Source: Ancylonema sp. (taxonomy: Eukaryota). Taken from it: a stretch of 20,000 nucleotides of DNA. The translations under genes were made by a program, and so were the position numbers. The first letter of the stretch is position 1; each line of letters begins with the position of its first letter. The stretch is from the NCBI GenBank assembly GCA_050230475.1, contig JBFLGF010000132.1, positions 54,049-74,048 on the forward strand, read 5' to 3'. Positions 10,201-20,000 of this stretch are shown one piece after another. A model generated the notes under the pieces. The model was not told where the DNA came from. It saw nothing but the letters and a program-made list of their open reading frames with translations, and made no database searches.

Positions 10201-12326
10201 CGGGTCTCGACACGCAGCACCTGGTGGACATGGTGGGGAATTAATTCCGATGGACACCTGGCAGTTTGCCGAACGCTGCGATCTGATAGGTTGGGTGGGG
10301 GGTGGCGCATGGCAGGGGGTGTTGTGTTCGCTGCGTCAACTTCTGGAGGAGGGTTTTTTTCATGCCGACCCTCATCCGGGTAACCTGTTGGTCACTCGCC
10401 AGGGCCAGCTGGCATACTTCGACTTCGGCATGATGAGCGAAATGAAACGCGAGTATCGGATAGGACTCATACGCACCGTGAGATCCCCCACCCCATCCCC
10501 TACTCCACTCCAACCCCAGTCCCACCCCAGTCCCACCCCAACCCCAACCCCAACCCCGACCCCGACCCCGACCCCAGCCCCGACCCCAGCCCCAGGGTAC
10601 CACAACCATTTTTCGGGGGTGGGGGTTGGGGGGGTGGGGGTGCAGCTGGTCCACTACGTGAACCGCGACGCAGCGGGTCTGGCTGCCGATTTTACATCCC
10701 TTGGGTTCCTGCCACCTGGCACCCCCCTCGCCCCCATCGCGTCCGCCCTCCAGGAGTCTTTTGGCGACGAGAACAGCCGCGCCAACCTTGACTTCCAGGG
10801 CATCATGGCGCAGCTGTCGTCGGTCATGTACCGATTCCAGTACCGCCTCCCCCCCGAATTCTCCCTGGTCATCCGCGCCCTGGGGTCCCTGGAGGGGACG
10901 GCCACGGCCATCGACCCGCAGTTCAAGGTGGTGGCGTCCGCGTACCCCTTCATCGTGGGGCGGGTATTGGTGGAGGCGGATCCGGGTATGAGGAGCATTC
11001 TGAGGGAACTACTCATCCGACCCAACGGGACCTTCAGATGGAACCGACTCGAGAGGCTGGTTAGCCCCCCACTACCTCATGCCTGGTTTCTGGTTTATAA
11101 AAAGAGGTGAAAAAGTGGGAGGGGTACAGATTATACTGTACCCCTCCCACTTTTTGATCTGAAGGAATACTGCTGGGACCGGGGAAAATTGTTCCTTTAG
11201 AGGGGTTATTCACTTAGACAGTGATGGTTCTTAACAAACCCGGTTTTGGGACCGTTTTTTTTTTTGTTCCTTCAGAGAGATTTCTACCTCTAGACAGTAT
11301 TCCTTTAGACAGGTCATACCGTAGCGATACCACGGAGTATTTTCCCCCTTCCAGGTGTTGGCCATAGCGGAGCAAAAGGCGTCAGGGCAGCCGCATGCGC
11401 GGGAGGGGCAGGCAGGGGGTGCGGGTGTGGACACCCTCATGGGCAGAGCAGGGCTGAGGGGGACGTTTGACCGTGGGGCAATGATGAGTGCCTTTGCGGA
11501 CTTGCTAGAGTATGTGCTGTCGGACAGAGCGCTGAGGGTGAGGGGGATGCTGGTGGGAGACATTGTGGGGGCGGCGGAGGGAATGTTTAGGGACGCCATT
11601 AATGGGAGGCTGCGGGAGGGGTTGCGGGAGGGGGAGGGGGGGGGGAGGGGAGAAGGAGTAGGGGTGGGGGTTGATGGGGATGAGGGGGAGAGCGATGCTG
11701 GAAGGGAAGCGGGGCAGGAAGCTTCCACGAAGTTGGAGGAGGTTGTGGGAAGAGATGCTTCCCAACCTCATCATAGGAAACTGCCAGAGGTATGGCAGCA
11801 GGCGCAAGGTGTTTGTCATGTGAAGGTTGATAAAACCATTTTCGCTTTTCATGGTCTCAAAGAGTTCTTGCCCAGAGAAGTAGCATCGCTGAGAGTCGAT
11901 CAATATCACTTCTCTTTTTTTCATCCATGAGGGCATTGCACTCGATGTATGTAAGGCTAGCAATGAGGGCAAGGGGGGTGCAACAACACGATCTCGTTGA
12001 CTAAAACGATCACTTTCTTTTGGCAAGAGGCATTCATGTGGCTCCTCAAACTTGCAACGTTTACGTATATGTTGCCGCCTTTTCTTTGCGTGCAGAGACC
12101 AAGGGGGTCTAGCGCGAGGATGGCACAGGGGATGAAAGCTGTGGCAGATGCGGTTGGGGGTGCTCCGGAATTGTGGGTGCCTCTTATGCTGAGAACAGCT
12201 TTGAGGCCAGAGGCGCAAGCACTTGCCAAGGCTGTCGCAAAGGGAGTGTTCGGCGCCTATGGGGATACCACATCGCAAGCCGCGATTTTGTCTTTATCAC
12301 AAAGACTAAAAAATTCGGGCTACTAG
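7278..12326 (+). CDS. ABC1K2: ABC1K/UbiB (AarF) atypical protein kinase, ABC1K2-like. Predicted exons 7278-7437, 7635-7701, 7937-8333, 8672-8713, 8904-9111, 9254-9411, 9615-9705, 9789-9865, 10155-10232, 10316-10477, 10646-11059, 11355-11789, 12096-12326
   Basis: The spliced product has the ABC1 motifs LIRLGPFYVK|LGQALSTRPD, LQDQIPPF, PVAAASLGQVYK|AHL..VAVKVQRPG, LFEEVDYLREGRNAERF, VKVPRIFW..VLTME|WVEGLKL, GFFHADPHPGNL, DFGMM, LPPEFSLVIRALGSLEG and AYPFIVGR..RWNRLERL. Splice phases are consistent. Exons from ~8200 onward are well supported, except the donor at 11789. The first two exons and the start codon rest only on phase-compatible splice sites and an R/K-rich, transit-peptide-like N-terminus. 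The ABC1K2 subclade call is from recalled similarity to Arabidopsis At5g24970. Confidence 0.88.
9893..10106. repeat. Degenerate AT-rich (CATATTT/CATATAT)n tandem array in an ABC1K intron
   Basis: Array fills most of intron 9866-10154. Confidence 0.9.
10485..10593. repeat. C-rich (ACCCCR)n-like hexamer repeat in an ABC1K intron
   Basis: Tandem ACCCCA/ACCCCG/GCCCCR units inside intron 10478-10645. Confidence 0.9.
11110..11155. repeat. Perfect inverted repeat, 20-bp stem with 6-nt loop, intronic
   Basis: AAAAAGTGGGAGGGGTACAG-ATTATA-CTGTACCCCTCCCACTTTTT. Confidence 0.95.
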
Positions 12327-13528
12327 ATGGCACGTTAGTGAATCATTAGGAAGTAAGGCAAGATGTAGGATTCATAATTTCTTTCATAATATTGATCTTG
12401 CATGCCCTCCGTGTCCTGCCACATATATGCAGACACTCGTGGTGTAAAGTTTGATACTATTCTAATGCCAATTGGGCCTGTTTTGACTGTAAACTATTTC
12501 GAGAAACGTGTACCAAAACATCTTCCATCAAATTCCATCTGGTCATGCCTAATCGGAGACTTATTTTGTGGGCATTTCGAATCTTCGTGATGGAAAACTA
12601 AGAATAGTCAAAATCTTACTAGCTCAATACGTTGGATCATCGTAAACATCGAAAACCTGCCTCGCACAGTAACTGGGAACAGACTTCAATAATCTTATTC
12701 AGTAAGTTGCACTTTTCTAGGGCTAAGGAAATCATTACGATCGACTATAACGGCTGAGCTCACCGCTGAATCGAACCCAAGTGCTATCACTCCGGCCCCC
12801 ACACTACGTTGTTCATAAGCCACTGCCACTCTTATTTCCACTACTCTAAACGAAGGGTGACGGGAGCAACTTCACGCCTGAACTACAAGCCCTCTTAACG
12901 ACATGATTCACAATGACACCCGTCTATATTGATATTGATATTGAGTCAACATTAGTCAAAATAATAATTATGCTAGGGCGTTGGGCGGGTGTACATATGA
13001 TCAGACCTTCCTAATGTGCTAGTATTTATTATTTTTCCGCCATAACCTATCATGATGATTTATGGATTCCGTACAAATCCGTAAAGATCCGTACACGTCC
13101 AGACTATGTTTTTTTTTTTTCTGGGTGGAGATTGATGAAGGGGGGGGAATGACAAAAACAACAAAAAACAAAAAGAGAAGACAAACACAAAACTTATGTG
13201 AATCGTCACGAACTTCTGAAAATAAGGTCCTTTGTGAGTTGGGTAATCACCACGCATCGCTTAGTGACCAATCGTGAACCGTAAAACATGTTTGAACGGT
13301 ATATCAACTTGAGTTAGCTAGCCAGTCGCATTAGCTTGTAGCCATTCGAATAAGCATGGGATTTTGAATAAAAAAGATCGCACTAAAAGGGAGATGCATA
13401 TTATCAAGCACGATGGGATCCCCATTAGTATAAATAAACGACAATAATCGGACATTCTACACGAACATAACAAGGGAGATCATACCCCATCATAAAACAC
13501 CCGAGCAACAATCCGTCACTCTGCAGAC

Positions 13529-14632
13529 CAGGGATGGCATGTCCAAAAACCCTAGTTGTAATTAGGGGTATTTAGACCGTGATTACAAAAACATAACAAG
13601 GGTACGCCCAGAAAGCACCCCTAAAAACCCCTAAATTTAAATTATAAATTAGGTGCAGTTTAGGGGCATTTCCCACCCCCAACCATCAAGTTAGGGCCTA
13701 AATTGTTCTACTTCAGGTGGGGGTTGGGAATTGGCAGGCCTGTGACCAAAACTTTTCTACAAAAATTGTCAATGACAAGTGACGTGCCGTCATTGTGTAT
13801 ACTTTGAGTGGACATCGGACAATAGATTCGGCGTACCACGAGCAATCGGGTTATGTCTGCCATAATTTGCGAGAGAGTAGCTCTTAGCGCCGGTGACCTC
13901 TCACCAGGGCGTGTGGAAATGAATCGCCAAGCAAACTCGGAATTGAGGCTCTTCGGATGAAATACCATCTTGCGTTTCCTCCGCCCCCCTCCCCAACAGT
14001 CTCGAACGGGTGGGAGGGTGAATGGCATTGATAAATAATTTAATAAATGCCATCAATTTTCTTGCACGACCGTTTGCTTGGACACGCTACTTTCCCCTCC
14101 AACATGTGATGACCGAAACTCTATTATTTCATCATTTATCCACGTTTGTGTTTTTAGACTAGGAGATAAGTGCCGATGTTTAGAGAAAATGCGGCGATGG
14201 ATTACGTTATATATTGACTACGCAATCAACGATGCTTCCAATCGGTATTTCTTTGTTTCGCTTCTACTTTGGTGTTTTTCAATATTTGAGACACCAATTG
14301 ATGAATTCTCGCTCCAAGTTTTTCAAACAGATGTTGGGAAAGCAAAACGTTTTTTTGTACCAAAATGATGTCGGAGATCAAACATACATGATATAGTGAA
14401 TGTGGTTGCAAATGGGCTTTTTCGAACTTAAGGAGTCCGTTTTGTCAATTCAATTTGATACTATGCTTGAAACACGTTATCCGTTGGAAGTTTTGAAGGG
14501 CACCATTGTGTTCAAAACTGCCGAAGGGCATGTCTACCTTAGCAATTTAGCAATTTAAGTGCGACCCCTAAATAGGATTTTCGGGTTGAGAACTCTCCAG
14601 CGAGCAATTAGGGGCCTAATTTGTCTTCCCTG
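13529..14632. mobile_element. Non-autonomous hAT-superfamily DNA transposon (1104 bp)
   Basis: Imperfect TIRs CAGGGATGGCA (13529-) and TGTCTTCCCTG (-14632; revcomp CAGGGAAGACA). Flanking 8-bp direct repeat CTGCAGAC (13521-13528) / CCGCAGAC (14633-14640), 7/8 match. Clustered CCCCTAA/TTAGGGG subterminal motifs at both ends. No intact transposase ORF. Confidence 0.8.
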
Positions 14633-14728
14633 CCGCAGACGACTACGACACTCGGTCTTTGTTAATAACCATTTTAATTACTTAGGCCTTTAGAAAGACC
14701 TAAGTTACTTAGCTCTCTACAGAGCTAA

Positions 14729-15590
14729 GGGCATCCCTTATCTCTGCTGAATACCCGCCGAAATGAATTGAGTAGGCATTTGCGCCCGACTCAAAGTAAA
14801 CAGGTCCACTTCTATTCATATACGGCAACCCTTATCGCCCAAATGTCCGTTTTATCTGAATTGAATACTGAGCGCCATATTCATTCGGTTCAGCAAAACC
14901 ACACGTGTTGCTGAATAGTGACATGCGTGAATGAATAGCGGGCCAATGAAATCAAAGTCAATAACACGTGTTTGTCGCGTCACTGTCCTCCTCCTGGCGG
15001 ACGTCCTTCCTGAACACACAGAAACCTCCCCTGTCGAAGTCGCGCTGACACGATTTATCCGCATCGGGTGGACTCATTACCATTTCTTGTGAAAATTTAA
15101 AGAGCATCATAGCTAAGACAGTTGTCTACTCCGGAAAAAAAAACATGAGAAATTGACGTGTATATTATGATCTATCGCTGTTCGCGCGTTTACAGGCTGA
15201 TTTTCGTAGATCTGACGCTGTAAACTCTGTAATCGTTCAAATTTTACATTGTAAGCTGATTGTGAGAAAATATAATTAGAGAAATACTGCGCACCTTTCC
15301 GCTTCTGAAATGTAGCAGTATTGATGCTGGGCGGATAGATCATAGATCGGCTGATGGATCGCGAAGGAACGCAGGAGAGGTGGGGCATGCCGCACGTGTG
15401 AATTTGCCCGTGTTCAGCCACATATTCAGCGGAGATAAGGGTTGCCTCCCGCTGAATTGAATAGCGGGGAAAACTGCGGCTAACCCCGCTTTTTATTCAT
15501 TTCGGGTCAAATGAATAGAATACAAACGTAATCATTACCTCGCCTATTCAATTCATTTCGGCGGGTATTCAGCAGAGATAAGGGATGCCC
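14729..15590. mobile_element. MITE / non-autonomous PIF-Harbinger (Tourist)-like element (862 bp)
   Basis: 49-bp TIRs GGGCATCCCTTATCTCTGCTGAATACCCGCCGAAATGAATTGARTAGGC at 14729-14777 and 15542-15590 (1 mismatch). Flanks TAA/TAG form an imperfect 3-bp TSD. Inner inverted pair GGCAACCCTTATC (14824-14836) / GATAAGGGTTGCC (15434-15446). Many TGAATA/TATTCA motifs; no recognisable transposase. Confidence 0.85.
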
Positions 15591-15623
15591 TAGTGTGTCA
15601 GTCGTTTTCCATCCTCTTCAAGT

Positions 15624-16930
15624 TGCTGACCTGGCCCGTACATCTGTACGGATTTTGCCACTTCAGGTCCTTTGGGTGTCTGTGATTGGCTGATTACGCC
15701 GGATTTGTCGATTTCAATATTTTGTCAACTTCGGCTGACACGTCACCGCTGACGTGTCGTGCTGTGATTGGCTAGTTTTCGGGTTTTTGTTGCAAAATTT
15801 TGCGTGAGATTTTCTCTGTTTTTTGGGGTCGGAGGTTGGTGTAAGTGGGGGCCAGCACTTGCACCACCCGTTAAAGAATTTCGTGTTCGTTTTAGCATGC
15901 GATTTCATGGTGTTAGGCCCCATACAACAACCCTTCATAAATGTTTTTCATAGTCTGAATCTACCCTCAGCCCTGTGGGATGTGCGATTATGTGCAGAAA
16001 GGAGAATGGAGGGCGATATGCATCCTTCCCCCATTTTCTTTGCGACACTTAGTTTTTTTCTTTTTTCTTTTAGATGAGCCAGCGAGCGCCTTTGAGAGCG
16101 CGCCCTAGCTGAATCTTTAAGACAAAGAAACAGAAAACAAAAATCATGGTTTTCGTTCTCATATATATTACATATATATTCAACACTAGGTTTTTTGGCT
16201 GGATGGGTGGCTAATTTTCTGGGTGGCTAATTTTCTAGGTGGTTGGTTGGCTGCTTGACTGGGTGGTTGGCTGGCTGGTTGGGTGGCTAAATCAGACACC
16301 TGCAATATCACTCCCGCTACAACCAGAACGAACTCGATCAGTATTTAAACACTCCATGACACTGCATGACATTGCACGAGTCTACAATTTCTGATTATAT
16401 TGGCGTGCCACACGTCAAGCACACAAAAAAAGCAATGCATAAGAATCCAGGCATAACAAACTAAGTGCGATGCGGCTTACTGTCTGGCTAGGAGGTGGGC
16501 TCGCTGACTGACTGGTGTGCTGGTTGGCTGGCTGGCTGGCTGGCTGGCGGGCTGACTTAGACATCTGCAAAATGAATCCCGCTGCACACGATTAACCTAA
16601 ACACTACATGCTTGCGAATGTAAGAGGCCACGCATGATAGCACCGGAAATCAAAAGCTGCAGAAATTCGCAAATATAGGCAAAAGTCGCAGACCCAAACA
16701 CTGCGCGCAGATCGATTCACGACAAAAAAGAGAATAAAAACTTCATGCTTAATACTCTACTCCATGCAATATTGATATTCATCATATGAAAAAGCCCGTA
16801 CATAAGAGGCCAGGTGTAAAGCATCGGAAATCATGAAGCCCTGCCTGGTTGACTAGCTTGTTGGTTGGCTGAGTGTCTGGTTGCAATTGCATGTCGCAGT
16901 GGCAGTCGAAGTCACAATTATCACTCGCAA
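15624..16930. repeat. Diverged direct repeat, copy A (paralog of 18979-20000)
   Basis: Colinear blocks shared with copy B at an offset starting at ~3355 bp: TGCTGAC, CCGTACAT, ACGCCGGATTTG, GTGTCGTGCTGTGATTGGC, CAGCACTT..CACCACCCGT, TAGGCCCC, CCCTGTGGG.TGTGCG, CAGCGAGCG..CTAGCTGAA, GGCT/GGTT tracts and TAAGAGGCCA. Boundaries are approximate. Confidence 0.85.
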
Positions 16931-17658
16931 AATTTGTTCCGCTCGCTCTGCCCTTACCTTTATTCGCCGGCTAACTGGCTACATGGCTAGTTGGTTGGCT
17001 GGTAGCACATGTAAATCGCACTGGCAGTCGCAGGAGCAGTCCCAAGGGAGAGAGAGAATGACCGCAGCCGCAATTCGTAGTCGCAAACTCTGTTCCGCTC
17101 GCTCTGCCTCTGTTCCGCTCGCTCTGCGCTCACCTTTATTCGCTAGCTCACTGGCTGCATGAATGGCTGGTTGGTTGACCGCAGTCGTAAATCGCAGTGG
17201 GAGTCGCAATCGCAGTCGAAAGACAGAGAGATCTAATTCACTCCCGAACACTGCTTTGCACACGGAGCCGGAAACTAGAACATGTCAACAGACCAACTCC
17301 CTTTATCTTTTCTTCGTTTGAGTCGCAGCAAATGATTGTGAGGCGTCGCTCACATCAGTCTACAGTCGCCGTATGCAGGACGTAGAACTCCACTACCTCT
17401 CCACGATGCAGTGGGGTTCAGGACATAGTGGGCTACCGGCAGGAACTGTGTAGTATCGGGCGAGGCCGTGGGGACCCGGCGCATTTTTTCGCGTTACAGC
17501 GGCAAGTTATCGGCCGGCAGAATCGGCCACCGCTAAACGGCTGGGCGCCGCGAAAAGTAGGAAAACTTCCAGCACGTTAAACTGGACAACCCGTACTTTT
17601 TAGTGGCCTAAAAAAGCCCAGTAAATATAGAAAATTAAAGATTACCGTCAAAACAAAA

Positions 17659-17691
17659 GGGCGAATAACGGGCGAATAACGGGCGAATAAC
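17659..17691. repeat. Tandem repeat (GGGCGAATAAC)3
   Basis: Three perfect 11-bp copies. Confidence 0.95.
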
Positions 17692-18978
17692 TTGTCGAGT
17701 AACACAAAAGTATAGCAAAAGACCTAAGTACAATGGTGCAACCTGAACTTGTTTTTTTGGGGGGGGTTTGAAATGATAGTAGAGTCCATCCCTACATAAG
17801 TATAAACATAAGCAAGACACAACTTCAACGACTTACAATAATATAGAATTTCATACTCAATTACTTACATCACAAATATAATGTGATAATAATATTCGTA
17901 ACGCCAACGATGAGAACTACCTATTATTGAAATAACAAAACCTAATAACAACGCGCGCATGTAAAAACGAAACTTCATACACGGTGCATATGTCGGAGAT
18001 TCACAACTATGATTAAACAAAAACATATGCTCATGCCAAACATCATTTTATCACAGTAGATTTAGTCGCAATATGAGTGAAAAAATAAAAAAATAGAAAG
18101 AAGAATATGCTACCCACAACATACAACAATACATAAAATAATAAACACGCAAGTTAGCGAGAACTACTTGTGAAAGTCAAGTTACATTCAAATATAATGT
18201 TAGATGAAAATAGTAGTTACCAATTATCAACAAAGTACACCACCAAAAAAAAAGGAAAATGTATTGCTTAAGAATCCAAAAGTAAAAAAGAGACATAACG
18301 ACACACAAACAAAAACACCACTATATCATATACAACGACAACATAAAAACAACAATGAAAAACATCCGCACATGAAAAAAAACCACAAACACGATAAAAT
18401 AAATAAATGAAGACATAGAATAAATGAAATAGAAGTGTAAAAATGCCCTAAAACAAGGTAACACAATATTAAAAAAAAAGCGACAAAATTACAACAGCCA
18501 AATATAACTCATCATAACGAGTACACACGAGAAAAAAAAAATCATGATCGAGCACATTCATCAAAGCGTGGTGTACCTATTTCCTTCTGCAAACCAACCA
18601 AAAATACGTTTATTTAATTAACGAGCATAACATCACACTTTTTATCCATCTTTTCCATTCTACTACGGGGTAATTCCGTCTTCGCTTAGTTGTGTGATTG
18701 CAACCGTGAAATTTTTAAAAACTTCTCCTACATCACCACTTTCATCAATCAATCCTCTTTTTCCTTTTTAATCACTTCTCACAACAACACAAATGTATAC
18801 AACGAACATGAATTCCAAAAATAAAAGGGGGTAAAAGAAAAACAACGAACGGTAAAAAATAGTATAATTTTAACTAAGTTGGATTTCTTTTGCACGCACG
18901 GAGAAGAAAGACAAGAAAGCTAAGTACCTCGGTGAAACCGATTCTTGTATATGTAGTCGCTTTGAGAATTCTAGAACA

Positions 18979-20000
18979 TGCTGACATGGGCCGTACATGT
19001 GTACGATTTTGTCCACCTCAGCAGTTTTTCGTGTCTCTGATTGGCTGTTGACGCCGGATTTGACGATTTCGATGTTTCGAAATGTTCGGATGCCATGTCA
19101 GCGCTGATGTGTCGTGCTGTGATTGGCCTATTTTCGCGTTTTCGCGTTTTTGCGTTGGGAAATTTTGCGTAAGATCTGCCCTGTTTTTCGGGGGTTGGTG
19201 AAAGTGGGGGGGCAGCACTTACACCACCCGTATAAAAGAAGTTCGCGTTCGTTACAGCATGGTACTTAACGTGTGGTAGGCCCCCTACTACAACCCTGCA
19301 TGCGTTTTTATTCTGTTACTACACTCCAGCACCCCTGTGGGGTGTGCGTCTATGTGCGAAAAGGAGTTTGAGTTCTGTTAATACTCTCCCTCGTACTCAC
19401 TTCAGCACATAGTACAAAAATTTGTTGAATTACATGAGTCAGCGAGCGTTCTTACGAGCGCTCTAGCTGAAGCTCTTAAGAAATAAAAAAAGAAAAAAAA
19501 CTCCGTTTTATTATTATTCACGTATATATATTTACTTTTTATTTGTCCTGGCTATTTAGGTGTTTGACTGTTTGTTTGGTTGGTGGACGGCTGGTTGGCT
19601 GCCATGCTGGGTGGGTGGGTGGCTGGTTGGCTTTTGGCTGGATCAGATATCTGCAAGCGCTGCACACATTCAGAATGATGCCATTCAGTACTTGGACAGT
19701 GTATACATACACGCAGACAAAAAAGCTCAGGCATAATCTTTTAATGTGGCAATCGATTCAAAAAAAAAACATCAATATATTTGATATACATCTGGGGTGT
19801 TGCAACACCCCAGATGAAATAAAAAAAGATTGTGCGTAAGAGGCCAGCCGTAACGCATCGTAAATCAATTAGAGCACGAAACCACCGCAGGTGCAAAAAT
19901 CGTATGTTCAAAAAAGAACGAGAGAACACAGCGAGTGATCTGCGGCAGCGGCTGGCTGGCTGAGTAGCTGGCTGGTCGAAGTCGCGAATCACAGTGTCGC
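18979..20000. repeat. Diverged direct repeat, copy B (runs to window end)
   Basis: Same colinear blocks as copy A; similarity continues to the end of the window. Confidence 0.85.

Noticed and set aside
10079..11110. 343-aa ORF as a stand-alone kinase with a PT linker
   Set aside because: It is exons 10316-10477 and 10646-11059 read through an in-frame intron, plus intronic and out-of-frame upstream sequence.
11505..12278. 257-aa minus-strand ORF
   Set aside because: Antisense to the last ABC1K exons and intron; P/H-rich shadow with no domain.
13545..13700. TTAGGG-like motifs as an interstitial telomere
   Set aside because: Dispersed, in both orientations and confined to the ends of the hAT element, so better explained as subterminal repeats.
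13990..14400. hAT transposase remnants (CMFDLRH, NYLSMP) on the minus strand
   Set aside because: Too short and degenerate to support; the Ulp1-like WINDEII motif in the same frame is the more specific match.
16935..17691. Short repeats as a CRISPR array
   Set aside because: Eukaryotic context, irregular or absent spacers, repeats of only 11-17 bp and no cas genes.
19255..19470. U1 or other snRNA downstream of the TATA-like box (GGTACTTAAC)
   Set aside because: Lacks ATACTTACCTG and other recognisable snRNA motifs, and this stretch is poorly conserved in copy A.
15624..20000. Direct repeats as the LTR pair of an intact retrotransposon
   Set aside because: Copies are strongly diverged, and I found no clear TG..CA ends, PBS/PPT, TSD or gag-pol remnants between them.

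Overview
Eukaryotic DNA with spliceosomal introns, green-plant lineage. The G/C-homopolymer-rich coding style suggests a streptophyte alga or other non-seed plant, which is inference only. There are two + strand genes. (1) The 3' part of a BRUTUS/HRZ-type hemerythrin-CHY-RING E3 ligase (<1-3338), with an apparent frameshift in a poly-G tract that is probably an assembly error. (2) An ABC1K/UbiB atypical kinase most like ABC1K2 (about 7278-12326, 13 predicted exons), with one GC-AG intron and several acceptors that lack a polypyrimidine tract. The rest is repeat/TE-rich: a 1.1-kb hAT-type element (8-bp TSD) with possible Ulp1/SENP protease remnants, an 862-bp PIF/Harbinger-type MITE with 49-bp TIRs, two diverged ~1-kb direct repeats with promoter-like motifs, a possible second decayed Ulp1-like gene, a Helitron-like 3' end and several perfect hairpins. 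I found no CRISPR, rRNA or intact tRNA, and no convincing wholly new system. The best leads are the unusual intron architecture and the TE-borne Ulp1-like remnants.
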